Positions 28,457 through 39,350 of a DNA stretch of 44,135 bases are shown here, piece by piece. The notes under the pieces were generated by a model. The model did no database searches, was not told where the DNA came from, and saw only the letters and a program-made list of their open reading frames with translations. The stretch comes from Pseudomonadota bacterium (GTDB lineage Bacteria; Actinomycetota; Actinomycetes; Actinomycetales; Cellulomonadaceae). A program made the position numbers and the translations under genes. The stretch is taken from positions 1 through 44,135 of the forward strand of contig JAKBFW010000001.1 in assembly GCA_021833345.1 (NCBI GenBank). Reading direction: 5' to 3'. How positions within the stretch are numbered: the stretch's first letter is position 1; every line of letters starts with the position of its first letter.

Positions 28457-30088
28457 ATGACCGCACCGCGCGAGCTCGTGGTCGTTGGCGAGTTCGGCCC
28501 GTTCGACGCGCTCGCCGACGACGCCCACGCGGCGTACGTCGGCGGACGCGCCGAGCGGGCGGTCCACCTGTGCCGGGTCCTGGTCGTGCTCTGTCGCGCG
28601 TCGGGCGATCGGCTGACGGAGCGCTACGCGTGGTTCATCGCGGGGCTCGCGCTGTGCGAGCTCGGTCGCTACGACGAGGCTCTCGGTGCCGCGGAGAGCC
28701 TGATCGCGCTCGCCCCCGGGCGGTATCTGCCGTTCTGGAAGGCGAAGGCGCTCGCGCTCCGGGCGAACGCGAGCGCCGGCCGGGGCGACGCGGCGCGTGC
28801 GATCGACGACCTGGCGCACGCGCAGGTGCTGCTCGGCGACCTGGACGGGCGGTCCTACAACCAGGTCTCGGGCGCGACGATCACGGGCATCGGCCTGCGC
28901 AGCATGATGCTCTACGAGGCGAGCGACGACCTGCTGAGCCGTGCCGCGGCCATGGTCGACGGTCGCGGGCGGGCGAACGTGCTGAGCGAGTCCCTCCTCA
29001 CCCACGCCGAGTGGGGCTCGCTGCTGGTGCTCGTCGGTGACGACGCGGGCGCGGCACCGCACTTCGTGGCCTGCCTGCACCGGGCGACGCAGATGCGCCA
29101 CGCGCTCCGCGGCGCGGCGGACGACCCGAGCCTCGCGGCGGTCGCCGAGTGGGGGCGGCTCTTCGCGCTCGAGATGCTCGGTGCGCATGGCGCGGTCGCG
29201 ACGGCGTTCCGACTGATCGTCGACGACATCCCCTTCGGTCCGCACCGGTCCGAGCGGATCCTGCGTTCTCTTGCGTGCGGCCGGGCGCAGGTGGCCCTGG
29301 GTGACCATCGCCGCGCCCGGGACTTCCTGATGACCGCGCAGGGGGCCGCCATGCAGACGAACCGGGTCATCTGGTCCGCGCTGGCAGATGTCGCCATGCA
29401 GGAGCTCGACGTGATCGAGCACGGGCCGCACCCCGCTCTCGACAGGGCGTCGGTGCGCTTCCAGCAGCTGCTCAGGCAGCGGTGGACGGAGCGATCCGCC
29501 TGGTTCGACGGGCTGGACGCCCGGGTTCGCGCGCTGCGGCTCGCCACCGAGGCCGAGCGTGCGACGCTGCTCAGCAGGCAGGACCCGCTGACCGGGCTGT
29601 ACAACCGTCGCGCGCTCGCGGACCGGCTCGCGACCGCGCGCGGCGAGCAGTCCGCCGTGATGGTGGACATCGACCACTTCAAACGCGTCAACGACACCTA
29701 CTCGCACGTCGTCGGTGACCGGGTGCTCGTCGCGGTGGGGGAGATCTTGCTGCGTACGGTGCGCATCGAGGACCTGCCGGTGCGCTACGGGGGCGACGAG
29801 TTCCTCGTGCTGCTCCGGCCGGAGGCCGGGGCCGACCCGGCGCGTGCGGCCGAGGCGCTCGCGCAGCGCGTCCAGCAGGAGGCTCGCGCGTTCGACTGGT
29901 CGACGATCGCGCCGGGGCTGCGGTTGTCGCTCTCGGTCGGGGTGGCGTCGACGCGGTCGCCGCTCGAGGTGATCTCCGAGGTGGACGCGTCCCTCCGGCT
30001 CGCCAAGCAGGCCGGACGCGACCAGATCATCATGCGGGTCCACGGGATCGGCGACGACGAGTACACGGTGTCCCGCGTCCGCGGTTGA
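28457..30088 (+). CDS. Diguanylate cyclase with helical/TPR-like N-terminus
   Basis: [27 protein letters not shown] and the RIED I-site. No obvious TM. Confidence 0.9.
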   Translation: MTAPRELVVVGEFGPFDALADDAHAAYVGGRAERAVHLCRVLVVLCRASGDRLTERYAWFIAGLALCELGRYDEALGAAESLIALAPGRYLPFWKAKALALRANASAGRGDAARAIDDLAHAQVLLGDLDGRSYNQVSGATITGIGLRSMMLYEASDDLLSRAAAMVDGRGRANVLSESLLTHAEWGSLLVLVGDDAGAAPHFVACLHRATQMRHALRGAADDPSLAAVAEWGRLFALEMLGAHGAVATAFRLIVDDIPFGPHRSERILRSLACGRAQVALGDHRRARDFLMTAQGAAMQTNRVIWSALADVAMQELDVIEHGPHPALDRASVRFQQLLRQRWTERSAWFDGLDARVRALRLATEAERATLLSRQDPLTGLYNRRALADRLATARGEQSAVMVDIDHFKRVNDTYSHVVGDRVLVAVGEILLRTVRIEDLPVRYGGDEFLVLLRPEAGADPARAAEALAQRVQQEARAFDWSTIAPGLRLSLSVGVASTRSPLEVISEVDASLRLAKQAGRDQIIMRVHGIGDDEYTVSRVRG

Positions 30089-30170
30089 CGAGTGGCCCGA
30101 TCGGGCCGCGGTGCGCGCGCCTCGGGCGTGGGACCGGCGAGCCGGCGGGGTCGGGGTGGATGATGGATCA

Positions 30171-30902
30171 GTGAGCCTCTACCGCGACGAGGCGATCGTG
30201 CTGCGGACCCAGAAGCTCGGGGAGGCGGACCGGATCGTCACGCTCCTGACCCGCACCCACGGGAAGGTGCGCGCGGTCGGCAAGGGTGTCCGGCGGACGT
30301 CGTCCCGGTTCGGGTCGAGGCTCGAGCCCTTCATGCAGGTCGACATCCAGCTGCACGCCGGCCGCAACCTCGACATCGTCACCCAGGTCGAGACCCTGGG
30401 CGCGCACGGTCGGGCACTGAGCGAGGACTACGGCCTGTACACCGCGGGTGCGGCGATGCTCGAGACGGCCGACCGGCTCGTCGAGGCCGAGCACGAGCCT
30501 GCGGTGCCGCAGTACTGGTTGCTCGCCGGTGCGCTCCGGGCGCTCGCCCAGCGCGAGCACGTGCCGGGGCTGGTCCTCGACTCGTACCTGCTGCGCGCCC
30601 TCGCGATCGCCGGCTGGGCGCCGAGCTTCACCGAGTGCGCGCGGTGCGGGGCGCCGGGTCCGCACCGTTCGTTCTCGCTCGGTCACGGGGGTGCGGTGTG
30701 CCCGACCTGCCGGCCGCCGGGGTCCACGTCACCGGCTCCGGAGACGTTCGTGCTGCTCGCCGCCCTGCTCAGCGGCGACTGGGCAGCTGCCGAGGTGAGC
30801 GGTGACCGTCACCGTCGCGAGGCGAACGGCCTGGTCTCGGCATTCGTGCAGTTCCACCTCGAGCGCCAGCTGCGGTCGCTCCGCATGATCGAGCGCGTGT
30901 GA
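30171..30902 (+). CDS. recO: DNA repair protein RecO
   Basis: [31 protein letters not shown] and a CxxC...CxxC zinc finger. Confidence 0.95.
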   Translation: MSLYRDEAIVLRTQKLGEADRIVTLLTRTHGKVRAVGKGVRRTSSRFGSRLEPFMQVDIQLHAGRNLDIVTQVETLGAHGRALSEDYGLYTAGAAMLETADRLVEAEHEPAVPQYWLLAGALRALAQREHVPGLVLDSYLLRALAIAGWAPSFTECARCGAPGPHRSFSLGHGGAVCPTCRPPGSTSPAPETFVLLAALLSGDWAAAEVSGDRHRREANGLVSAFVQFHLERQLRSLRMIERV

Positions 30903-31756
30903 TGGCGCGATCCCGGACGGGCTCCGCGCCGGCGTCGTCGCACGTCGTGATCGCCCCCCCGCCGCACCCGAGCGGGGCGACGGCGCCGGCCGTCCCGCGC
31001 GAGCTCGTCCCGCAGCACGTCGCGATCGTGATGGACGGGAACGGGCGCTGGGCGAACGAGCGCGGGCTGCCGCGCACCGCTGGTCACGCCGCGGGGGAGG
31101 CGGTGCTGCTCGACGTCGTGGCCGGGGCGATCGAGATCGGGGTCCGGCACGTCTCGGCGTACGCGTTCTCGACCGAGAACTGGAAGCGGTCGCCGGACGA
31201 GGTCCGGTTCCTGATGGGCTTCAACCGGGACGTCCTGCGCCGTCGACGGGACACGATGCACGACTGGGGCGTGCGTGTCCGATGGGCCGGGCGCCGGCCG
31301 CGGCTGTGGCGCTCGGTGATCGCCGAGCTCGAGGAGGCCGAGCGGCTCACCCGGGACAACGACGTCTGCACCCTGACGATGTGCGTGAACTACGGCGGGC
31401 GAGCCGAGATCGCCGACGCGGCGAAGGCGATCGCACGCGAGGTCGCCGCCGGCCGGCTCGATCCCGAGCGGGTCACCGAGAAGACCGTCGCGCGGTACCT
31501 GGACGAGCCCGACCTGCCCGACGTCGACCTGTTCATCCGGTCGTCCGGCGAGCAGCGGATCTCGAACTTCATGATCTGGCAGTCCGCGTACGCCGAGCTC
31601 GCGTTCCTGGAGGAGCCGTGGCCCGACGTCGACCGCCGGCACCTGTGGCGCGCGGTCGAGGACTACGCGCGTCGCGACCGCCGGTACGGGGCGGCGATCG
31701 ACGCCCCGGCGGCGGGTGGCGCGGCGCAGGTCGGCGACGCCCCCGCCTGGTCGTGA
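30899..31756 (+). CDS. uppS: cis-isoprenyl diphosphate synthase (UppS family)
   Basis: [29 protein letters not shown] and [11 protein letters not shown] motifs. Confidence 0.95.
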   Translation: MMARSRTGSAPASSHVVIAPPPHPSGATAPAVPRELVPQHVAIVMDGNGRWANERGLPRTAGHAAGEAVLLDVVAGAIEIGVRHVSAYAFSTENWKRSPDEVRFLMGFNRDVLRRRRDTMHDWGVRVRWAGRRPRLWRSVIAELEEAERLTRDNDVCTLTMCVNYGGRAEIADAAKAIAREVAAGRLDPERVTEKTVARYLDEPDLPDVDLFIRSSGEQRISNFMIWQSAYAELAFLEEPWPDVDRRHLWRAVEDYARRDRRYGAAIDAPAAGGAAQVGDAPAWS

Positions 31757-31842
31757 CCTGCCGAGCACCTGCAGCCCCGGCGCCGCCCGCGCCACCTCGC
31801 CGACCGGCCGACCCGGCGGGCAGAGGCCCGGCAGGTCGTCGC

Positions 31843-32757
31843 TCAGACCTCGACCGAGAGGTCGTCCGCCGGCACCCCTGAACGCTGCGCCCAGCCGCGA
31901 CGTCCCCGTCGGGAGCCGACCAGCCGGCACCCGACGTAGATGAGGAACGAGATCGTGGTGACGTAGGGGCTGATCGGGATGCTGCCGCCGAGGGCCAGCA
32001 TGATGCCGCCGACGGCGCTGACGACGGCGAACAGCACGCTGAGCACCGGGACCCACACGGGCGACGCGGTCACGCGCACGGCGGCGGCTGCGGGGGTGAC
32101 GAGCAGCGCGAGCACCAGGAGCGCCCCGACGACCTGGACCGCCATCGCGACCGCGAGCGCGAGCAGCACCATGAAGACCAGGGAGAGCGAGCGTGCCGGC
32201 ACCCCACGGGCCGCCGCGACGTCGGGGTCCACGCTCGCGAACATCAGCGGGCGCCAGATCACGGCCATCCCGATGACGACGACGACCGACGTGCCGACGA
32301 GCCACGCGAGCTGAGGGTTGTCCACCGCGACGATCTGACCGGTGAGCAGGCCGAACTTGTTCGCCGACCGCCCCGTGTACAGGGCGAGGAACAGCACGCC
32401 GAGACCCAGCGCGAACGGCATCAGCACGCCGGTGATCGAGTTGCGCTCGCGGGCGCGCGAGCCCAGCATCCCGATCAGGACCGCCGCGACGAGCGAGCCG
32501 ATGATCGCCCCGAGCGACACGTTGACGGACGCGAGGAGCGCCGCGGCGCCACCGGCGAAGGAGATCTCGCTGACGCCGTGCACGGCGAACGCCATGTCGC
32601 GGTTCATCACGAACACCCCGACCAGCCCGCCGACCAGCCCGAGCACGGCACCGGCGATGAGCGAGTTGTGCACCAGGCCCAGGAGCTCGCCGTAGTTCTG
32701 GAACGAGAACAACCGGTGCCAGAAGTCGTCCGTGGGTACGGCGGTCCACGCGCTCAT
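31843..32757 (-). CDS. znuB: Metal (Zn/Mn) ABC transporter permease
   Basis: ABC-3 family pattern GVFVMNRDMAFAVHGVSE, D..AAARG and VVGALLVLALLVTPAA. ATGA overlap with the ATPase. Confidence 0.88.
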   Translation of the reverse strand: MSAWTAVPTDDFWHRLFSFQNYGELLGLVHNSLIAGAVLGLVGGLVGVFVMNRDMAFAVHGVSEISFAGGAAALLASVNVSLGAIIGSLVAAVLIGMLGSRARERNSITGVLMPFALGLGVLFLALYTGRSANKFGLLTGQIVAVDNPQLAWLVGTSVVVVIGMAVIWRPLMFASVDPDVAAARGVPARSLSLVFMVLLALAVAMAVQVVGALLVLALLVTPAAAAVRVTASPVWVPVLSVLFAVVSAVGGIMLALGGSIPISPYVTTISFLIYVGCRLVGSRRGRRGWAQRSGVPADDLSVEV

Positions 32758-33599
32758 CGCGGCAGCCTCTCGATGTGGTGGTGGGTCTCGTTCGACCCGC
32801 CGACGATCACGATGCGGTCGTGCACGCGCAGCGCGTCGACGGGGGTCCCGTACAGGCGGGTGAGCGTCGCGGAGGTCAGGACGTCGTCGGGGCTCCCGAC
32901 GGCGTGACCGGCCGGTGCGACGTACAGCACGCGGTCGACGTACGGCAGGACCGGGTTGATCTCGTGCGTCACGAAGACCACCGCGGTGCCGTGCGATCGT
33001 CGTCGCGCGTCGATCAGGTCCACCACCTGGCGCTGGTGACCGAGGTCCAGCGAGAGCAGCGGCTCGTCGCACAGCAGCACGGCCGGATCGGTGGCCAGCG
33101 CCTGGGCGATCCGCACGCGCTGCTGCTCCCCGCCCGAGAGCAGGCCGATGGGGACGTCGGCGTACTCCGTGGCGCCGACCGCGTCGAGCAGCTCGTCGAC
33201 GCGCGCACGCGTCTCGCGCCGGTGGCTCAGGCCCGCGAGACCCCAGCGATGCCCGTCGATGCCCATCCGCACGAGGTCGCGTGGGCGCACCGGGGTGACC
33301 GGGTCGACGAGCCGTTGCTGCGGTACGTAGCCGATCGTGCAGCAGGACGCCCGCCCCGGCGGTCCGCCCAGGATGCTCAGACGACCGCTGGTGAGCTCCT
33401 GCAGGCCGAGCAGGACGCGCAGCAGGCTCGTCTTCCCGGAGCCGTTCGGTCCGAGGACCGCGAGGAACTCGCCCGCCTCGACGGTGAGGTCGATGCCCGA
33501 CCAGACGGTTCGTTCACCGAACGTGAGGCCGGCGCCGTCGAGCTCGAGCACTGGCCCGGTCGTGCGGCGCGCCGCCGCGTCGGCGGCCTCCCGCGTCAC
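32754..33599 (-). CDS. znuC: Metal ABC transporter ATP-binding protein
   Basis: GPNGSGKT, GYVPQ, LSGGEQQR, LLCDEP, VTHE and a C-terminal HHH. Confidence 0.9.
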   Translation of the reverse strand: MTREAADAAARRTTGPVLELDGAGLTFGERTVWSGIDLTVEAGEFLAVLGPNGSGKTSLLRVLLGLQELTSGRLSILGGPPGRASCCTIGYVPQQRLVDPVTPVRPRDLVRMGIDGHRWGLAGLSHRRETRARVDELLDAVGATEYADVPIGLLSGGEQQRVRIAQALATDPAVLLCDEPLLSLDLGHQRQVVDLIDARRRSHGTAVVFVTHEINPVLPYVDRVLYVAPAGHAVGSPDDVLTSATLTRLYGTPVDALRVHDRIVIVGGSNETHHHIERLPR

Positions 33600-34507
33600 G
33601 CGCCCAGCGCCGATGCGAGAGCGGCGATGGTCGACGACATCCACGTGACGTAGGTCTTCCCGGGCGGAAGCGTCTCGGTCACCGGGACCACCGGGACCCC
33701 TGCGCGCCTCGCCGCGTCGAGCACCGTGGTGGTCTGCGGTCCGACCGCCTGCTCGTTGTACACGAGTGCGGCGACCTCGTGCCGGGTCAGCAGCGCGACG
33801 GTGGCCTGCATGACGGCGGGGGGCACGTCCGTCTGTGCCTCGACCGCGGCGGAGAACGCTGCCGGGGTCTTGTCCACGAGACCGGCCCCGTCGAGCAGGT
33901 ACACCGGCACCGGTTCGGTGATCGCGACCCCGGCCCCGGCGTGCGCCGCCTTGACCGCGGCGAGCTGCTGCTGCAGTCCCGCGACCTGCGCCGTGAGCGC
34001 GGCGGCGTTGGCCGAGAACTGGTCGGCCCGGGCCGGGTCGGCGGTCGTCAGCGCCGCCGCGATCGCCGTGACGACCTTGTCGACGGAGCTGAAGTCGTAC
34101 CAGACGTGCTCGTTCAGCTGACCTGCGACGGGCTGCTTCCCGGAGAGGGAGACGGCATCGAGCACGGTGGCCCTGGTGCCGCTGGCCTTGACCATGGTCG
34201 CCACGAAGTCGTCGTAGCCGCCGCCGTTCTCGATCACCACGGCCGCCTTCGCGATCGCGAGCTCGGTCTGCGCGTTGGCCTCGTAGGAGTGCGGATCTGC
34301 GGTCGGGTCGCTGATGATCGAGGTGACGTCGACCGCGGTGCCGCCGACGCTCCGGGCGAGGTCGCCCCACACGTTCGTCGATGCCACGACGGAGATCGTC
34401 CCGGACGGCCCCGGGGAGGTGCCACCGGAGGAGGAGCAGGCGCTGAGGGCGATCAGCGCGCCGGCGGCGACGATCGCCGACACCGCTGTCCGGGGGACGG
34501 GCCGCAT
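33596..34507 (-). CDS. znuA: Metal ABC transporter substrate-binding lipoprotein (ZnuA/TroA family)
   Basis: Lipobox LSAC, DPHSYE and NEHVW metal-ligand motifs. Confidence 0.9.
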   Translation of the reverse strand: MRPVPRTAVSAIVAAGALIALSACSSSGGTSPGPSGTISVVASTNVWGDLARSVGGTAVDVTSIISDPTADPHSYEANAQTELAIAKAAVVIENGGGYDDFVATMVKASGTRATVLDAVSLSGKQPVAGQLNEHVWYDFSSVDKVVTAIAAALTTADPARADQFSANAAALTAQVAGLQQQLAAVKAAHAGAGVAITEPVPVYLLDGAGLVDKTPAAFSAAVEAQTDVPPAVMQATVALLTRHEVAALVYNEQAVGPQTTTVLDAARRAGVPVVPVTETLPPGKTYVTWMSSTIAALASALGA

Positions 34508-34567
34508 GGGGTGGACCTTTCGATCGGAGTCGGGGTGGGGAGGCGCGGCGCCATCGCCGTCAGACGC

Positions 34568-34588
34568 TAACGATAGCAGTTCTCATTA
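34568..34588 (-). promoter_or_regulatory. Zur-like operator (10-1-10 inverted repeat)
   Basis: TAATGAGAAC-T-GCTATCGTTA on the minus strand. AT-rich island overlapping -10 candidates (TATCGT/TAGCGT) of the metal ABC operon. Confidence 0.8.
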
Positions 34589-34743
34589 GTGCTGCCCAGC
34601 CGAACGGGCCGGCGCGGGCGGGGGACCCGGACGCGGATGTCGCACGCGTCCCCGCTCGCCACCGGAGGGCCGCCGCCCCGGTAACCTGACCTGTCAGCCC
34701 ACGGCATCCAGCCGCGGGGCCCCGCACCCAGGAGTGATCACCC

Positions 34744-36129
34744 GTGGCCGCACCGTCTCGTCTCGACTCCGTCATCTCCCTCGCCAAGCGCCGTGGCTTC
34801 GTCTTCCCGTCGGGGGAGATCTACGGCGGGACGCGGTCGGCGTGGGACTACGGACCACTGGGTGTCGAGCTCAAGGAGAACATCAAGAAGCAGTGGTGGC
34901 GCACGATGGTCACCAGCCGCGAGGACATCGTCGGGCTCGACTCGTCGGTGATCCTGCCGCGCCAGGTCTGGGTCGCGTCGGGTCACGTCGGGGTCTTCAC
35001 CGACCCGCTGACCGAGTGCCTCAGCTGCCACAAGCGGTTCCGTGAAGACCAGATGCTCGAGGAGTTCGAGGAGAAGAAGGGGCGCGCCCCCGAGGGCGGT
35101 CTCGCGGAGATCGCCTGCCCCAACTGCGGCACCCGCGGGAGGTGGACCGAGCCGCGCGACTTCAACATGATGCTCAAGACGTACCTCGGCCCCGTCGAGG
35201 ACGAGTCCGGCCTGCACTACCTGCGCCCCGAGACCGCGCAGGGCATCTTCGTGAACTTCGCCAACGTCGTCACGACGAGCCGCAAGAAGCCGCCGTTCGG
35301 CATCGGCCAGATCGGCAAGTCGTTCCGCAACGAGATCACCCCGGGGAACTTCATCTTCCGGACGCGCGAGTTCGAGCAGATGGAGATGGAGTTCTTCGTC
35401 GAGCCCGGCACCGACGAGGACTGGCACCAGTACTGGATCGACACCCGGACCGCCTGGTACACGGACCTGGGCATCTCCGCCGAGAACCTCCGGCACTTCG
35501 AGCACCCGAAGGAGAAGCTCTCGCACTACTCGAAGCGCACCGTCGACATCGAGTACCGCTTCGGCTTCCAGGGCAGCGAGTGGGGCGAGCTCGAGGGCAT
35601 CGCGAACCGCACCGACTTCGACCTCACGACCCACTCCGAGCACTCGGGCACCGACCTGTCCTATTTCGACCAGGCCAAGAACGAGCGCTGGGTCCCGTAC
35701 GTGATCGAGCCGGCCGCCGGTCTGACCCGGTCGCTCATGGCGTTCCTGGTGGAGTCGTACACCGAGGACGAGGCCCCGAACACGAAGGGCGGCGTCGACG
35801 TCCGCACGGTGCTCAAGCTCGACCCGCGGCTCTCCCCGGTCAAGGCCGCCGTGCTGCCGCTGTCGCGCAACGAACAGCTCTCACCGAAGGCGCGTGACCT
35901 CGCGGCGGAGCTGCGCCGCTCGTGGAACGTCGACTTCGACGACGCGGGCGCGATCGGTCGCCGCTACCGTCGGCAGGACGAGATCGGCACGCCGTTCTGC
36001 CTCACCGTCGACTTCGACACGCTCGAGGACCAGGCCGTGACCATCCGCCACCGCGACGACATGTCGCAGGAGCGTGTGTCCCTCGACCAGGTCACCGGCT
36101 ACCTCGCGGCCCGCCTGATCGGCGCCTGA
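34744..36129 (+). CDS. glyQS: Glycine--tRNA ligase (homodimeric type)
   Basis: [36 protein letters not shown] and [12 protein letters not shown] motifs. TAACCT -10 at 34682 and GGAG SD. Confidence 0.97.
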   Translation: MAAPSRLDSVISLAKRRGFVFPSGEIYGGTRSAWDYGPLGVELKENIKKQWWRTMVTSREDIVGLDSSVILPRQVWVASGHVGVFTDPLTECLSCHKRFREDQMLEEFEEKKGRAPEGGLAEIACPNCGTRGRWTEPRDFNMMLKTYLGPVEDESGLHYLRPETAQGIFVNFANVVTTSRKKPPFGIGQIGKSFRNEITPGNFIFRTREFEQMEMEFFVEPGTDEDWHQYWIDTRTAWYTDLGISAENLRHFEHPKEKLSHYSKRTVDIEYRFGFQGSEWGELEGIANRTDFDLTTHSEHSGTDLSYFDQAKNERWVPYVIEPAAGLTRSLMAFLVESYTEDEAPNTKGGVDVRTVLKLDPRLSPVKAAVLPLSRNEQLSPKARDLAAELRRSWNVDFDDAGAIGRRYRRQDEIGTPFCLTVDFDTLEDQAVTIRHRDDMSQERVSLDQVTGYLAARLIGA

Positions 36130-36174
36130 CCGCTCGGCGGGGGCGGGCGCTCGCGCACGTGCGGGCGGTGCTGG

Positions 36175-37443
36175 TCAGTGGTGGACGTGGGAGAGGGGTT
36201 CGGCGACGCGGTGCCGACGACGCCTGTCGACCGGCTCTGACGTCGCCACGAGCGTCGCGATCGCGGTCGTGAGCGGGATCGCGAGCACCAGGCCGATCGA
36301 GCCGACGAGCGTGCGGACGATCTCCTCGGCGAACTGACCGCTCGTCAGCGTCTGCACCAGGGAGAGCCGGTAGACCTGCACGAGCAGCAGGACCGGGAGC
36401 GCGGCCCCGGCGTACGCGAAGGCGATCGTGTAGACGGTCGACGCGATGTGGTCCCGCCCGATGCGCATCGCCCGTGAGAACAGGTCGCGCCGGCTCGCGT
36501 CCGGTGCGGACGACCGTAGCTCCCACACCGCCGACGCCTGCGTGATCGTGACGTCGTTGAGCACGCCGAGCCCGGCGAGGACCACACCGCACAGGAACAG
36601 CCCACGAAGCTGGTCTGCCCCGTCGGCGCCGATCATCGTGGCCAACCGGTAGGTGTCCTCCGAGCTGATGCCGGTGACGTGCGTCGCGGTGGCGGCGACG
36701 ACCCCGAGTCCTGCGGTGACCGCGAGCCCTGAGACGGTCCCGACGAGCGCGGTCGAGGTCCGGCGTGAGAAGCCGTGCGCGAGGTACAGCACGGCGTACA
36801 TGATCACCGTCGACCCCACGAGACCGATGAGCAGCGGGTCCTCGCCCGCCAGCAGCCCGGGCAGGATGAACGTCCCGACCACCGCGAACGCGATCCCGAG
36901 CCCGACGAGCGCCCGCAGCCCTCGCATCCGTGCGACCGCGATCGTGACGACCGCGAAGGCGAGCGCGAGCGTCGCGAGCGGGAACGATCGGGCGAAGTCG
37001 TGCCAGGCCCAGACCTCCGGGTCCTGACCCGAGGCCGGGTAGTGCTCGACGACGATCGAGGTGCCGCGCGGGATGTCGCGGGCGGTCAGCATCGCCGTGG
37101 CCCAGACGGCGATCGGTCGTCCGGCCGCCGGTCCGCTCGTGACGGTGGCGTGCACGCGCAGGCAGGGGACGGTCGCCGGGATCGTGCCGTCCGGGAGACG
37201 GTTCTCCGTGGTGCCGGCACAGCTCGACTCCTCGGTCGAGGTCACCTCCGCGGTCGGGTAGGTCACCCCGACGACGGTGACCTCACGCGCTGCGGCGCGC
37301 GGCGCCCCGGGCCAGAGCAGGAACATGCCGATCAGCGCGGCGATGCCGACGGGGATCAGCACCGCCGCGAGGACGACCGTCGAGGTGGACGTGGTCCTGC
37401 TTCCGAGGCGCATGAGATCCGATTCTGCCGTGACATCTGTCAT
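36175..37443 (-). CDS. YibE/F family membrane protein
   Basis: LGVLNDVTITQ, IGRDHIASTVYTIAFAYAG and EEIVRTLVGSIG motifs. Start is uncertain (37443 or 37413). Confidence 0.88.
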   Translation of the reverse strand: MTDVTAESDLMRLGSRTTSTSTVVLAAVLIPVGIAALIGMFLLWPGAPRAAAREVTVVGVTYPTAEVTSTEESSCAGTTENRLPDGTIPATVPCLRVHATVTSGPAAGRPIAVWATAMLTARDIPRGTSIVVEHYPASGQDPEVWAWHDFARSFPLATLALAFAVVTIAVARMRGLRALVGLGIAFAVVGTFILPGLLAGEDPLLIGLVGSTVIMYAVLYLAHGFSRRTSTALVGTVSGLAVTAGLGVVAATATHVTGISSEDTYRLATMIGADGADQLRGLFLCGVVLAGLGVLNDVTITQASAVWELRSSAPDASRRDLFSRAMRIGRDHIASTVYTIAFAYAGAALPVLLLVQVYRLSLVQTLTSGQFAEEIVRTLVGSIGLVLAIPLTTAIATLVATSEPVDRRRRHRVAEPLSHVHH

Positions 37444-37465
37444 GCCCGGTTCGTGACGCCTGCCG
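37431..37465. promoter_or_regulatory. Candidate response-regulator binding sites
   Basis: Perfect TGACA-TC-TGTCA at 37431-37442 and degenerate TGACGCCTGCCG at 37454-37465, upstream of the ABC/TCS module. Confidence 0.55.
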
Positions 37466-37502
37466 GGTGTCGCACGCTCGTGCGCTCGGCAGGATCGACG
37501 AC

Positions 37503-38507
37503 ATGACCACCACGGTGCCGACAGCCACCCGATCCACCACCACCGCACGCGCCATCGACCTGCGCGGCCTGACCAAGTCGTTCGGCTCGACCCGCGCGGT
37601 CGACGGTCTGGACCTGCAGGTCGAGGCGGGCGAGGTCCTCGCCTTCCTGGGCCCGAACGGCGCCGGCAAGACCACCACGATCGATCTCCTGCTCGGGTTC
37701 GCGCGGCCGGACAGCGGCACGGTGAGCATCTTCGGTCTCGCACCGAGGGACGCGATCGCGGCGGGGAAGGTCTCCGCCGTGCTGCAGACCGGTGGCCTCC
37801 TCAAGGACCTCACGGTCGCCGAGACCGTGCTGCTCACCGCGTCGCTCTTCGCGACCTCGCGCCCGGTCGACGAGGTGCTCGAGCGCGCCGGGATCGCCGC
37901 GATCCGCGACCGGCGCGTCGGCTCGTGCTCCGGGGGTGAGCAGCAGCGCCTCCGGTTCGCGCTCGCACTCCTCCCGGACCCCGACCTCCTCGTCCTGGAC
38001 GAGCCGACGACCGGCATGGACGTCGAGGGGCGGCGCGAGTTCTGGTCGGCGATCCGGGCCGACGCGGCGCGCGGCCGGACGATCGTCTTCGCGACGCACT
38101 ACCTCGAGGAGGCGGACGCCTACGCGGACCGGGTGGTGCTGGTCCGGCACGGGCGGGTCGTCGCCGACGGGTCGTCCGCCCAGATCAAGAACCTCGCGGC
38201 AGGCCGGGTCGTCTCGGCGCGCCTGCCGGGCGCACGGCCCGAGCAGCTCGCGGCGGTGCCTGGGGTCGACCGTGCCGAGGTGCGTGGCGACCGGGTGCTG
38301 CTCCAGACCGGCGACTCCGATGCGGTGGCCCGGTACCTGCTCACCGCGACCGCGGCCTCCGACCTCGAGATCGGTGGCCTGGGACTCGAGGACGCCTTCA
38401 TCGCCCTGACCTCCGACCGCCCGGTCGGCGACCCGCTCACCGAGGCCTCGGCCTCGGGGCCGACCGACCGCACCACCGCCACGACGACCGCCGGGAGCAA
38501 CCGATGA
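37503..38507 (+). CDS. ABC-2 type transporter ATP-binding protein
   Basis: GPNGAGKT, CSGGEQQR, LDEPT and ATHYLEEA motifs. Confidence 0.93.
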   Translation: MTTTVPTATRSTTTARAIDLRGLTKSFGSTRAVDGLDLQVEAGEVLAFLGPNGAGKTTTIDLLLGFARPDSGTVSIFGLAPRDAIAAGKVSAVLQTGGLLKDLTVAETVLLTASLFATSRPVDEVLERAGIAAIRDRRVGSCSGGEQQRLRFALALLPDPDLLVLDEPTTGMDVEGRREFWSAIRADAARGRTIVFATHYLEEADAYADRVVLVRHGRVVADGSSAQIKNLAAGRVVSARLPGARPEQLAAVPGVDRAEVRGDRVLLQTGDSDAVARYLLTATAASDLEIGGLGLEDAFIALTSDRPVGDPLTEASASGPTDRTTATTTAGSNR

Positions 38508-39307
38508 CCGCGACCCTGAACGACGCGACCACCACGACCGTCCCCGGGCTCGCCGTGGGAGCCGGTCGGAGGGGCCACCTGAACCTGACGTTCCTGCGCA
38601 TCGAGCTGCGACGTCTGCTCCGGAACCGCCGCACGGTCATCTTCACGCTGATCATGCCGCCGATGTTCTTCCTCATCTTCGGCACCGCCGGTCAGTACCG
38701 GACGACGTCCGCAGGGCACGGCAACGTGACGGCGTACGTGATGATCTCGATGGCCCTGTACGGCGCGATGCTCGCGACGACGAGCGGGGGCGCGATGGTC
38801 TCGGTCGAGCGCGCCCAGGGCTGGAGCCGTCAGCTCCGGCTGACGCCGCTGCGCCCGTCGGTGTACATCGCGATCAAGGTCGCGGTCGCGATGGTGCTCG
38901 GTCTCGCCTCGGTCGTCGTGGTCTACCTCGTCGGTCTCGTCGAGGGTGCCCACGCCGACGGCACCGTCTGGTGGGTGACCGGCCTGACGGCCTGGCTCGG
39001 GTCGATCGTGTTCGCCGCGTTCGGCCTGTTCATGGGCTACCTGCTCCCGGCCGAGAACGTCATGCAGATCTTGGGGCCGGTGCTCGCGGTGCTCTCGTTC
39101 GCCGGCGGGCTGTTCGTCCCGCTCGGCGACGGCGTGTTCGCGACGATCGGCAAGGTGACCCCGCTCTACGGTCTCGCGGAGCTCGTCCGGGCTCCCCTCG
39201 TCGGTGACGGCGTCACGGTGACCTCGGTCGTGAACGTGGTCCTGTGGGCCGCGGTGTTCGGCGCCGGTGCGGTGTGGCGGTTCCGGCGCGACACGGCGCG
39301 GGTGTGA
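38504..39307 (+). CDS. ABC-2 type transporter permease
   Basis: Six TMs and ERAQGWSRQLRLTPL motif. ATGA overlap. Confidence 0.9.
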   Translation: MTATLNDATTTTVPGLAVGAGRRGHLNLTFLRIELRRLLRNRRTVIFTLIMPPMFFLIFGTAGQYRTTSAGHGNVTAYVMISMALYGAMLATTSGGAMVSVERAQGWSRQLRLTPLRPSVYIAIKVAVAMVLGLASVVVVYLVGLVEGAHADGTVWWVTGLTAWLGSIVFAAFGLFMGYLLPAENVMQILGPVLAVLSFAGGLFVPLGDGVFATIGKVTPLYGLAELVRAPLVGDGVTVTSVVNVVLWAAVFGAGAVWRFRRDTARV

Positions 39308-39350
39308 CGCACGCGGACCGAGGCTTCGTGCGGGCGCTACGGTGATCGCC

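Noticed and set aside
34600-34743. T-box or riboswitch before glyQS
   Set aside because: GC hairpins exist, but I saw no T-box motif. The likely -10 (34682) leaves a leader too short.
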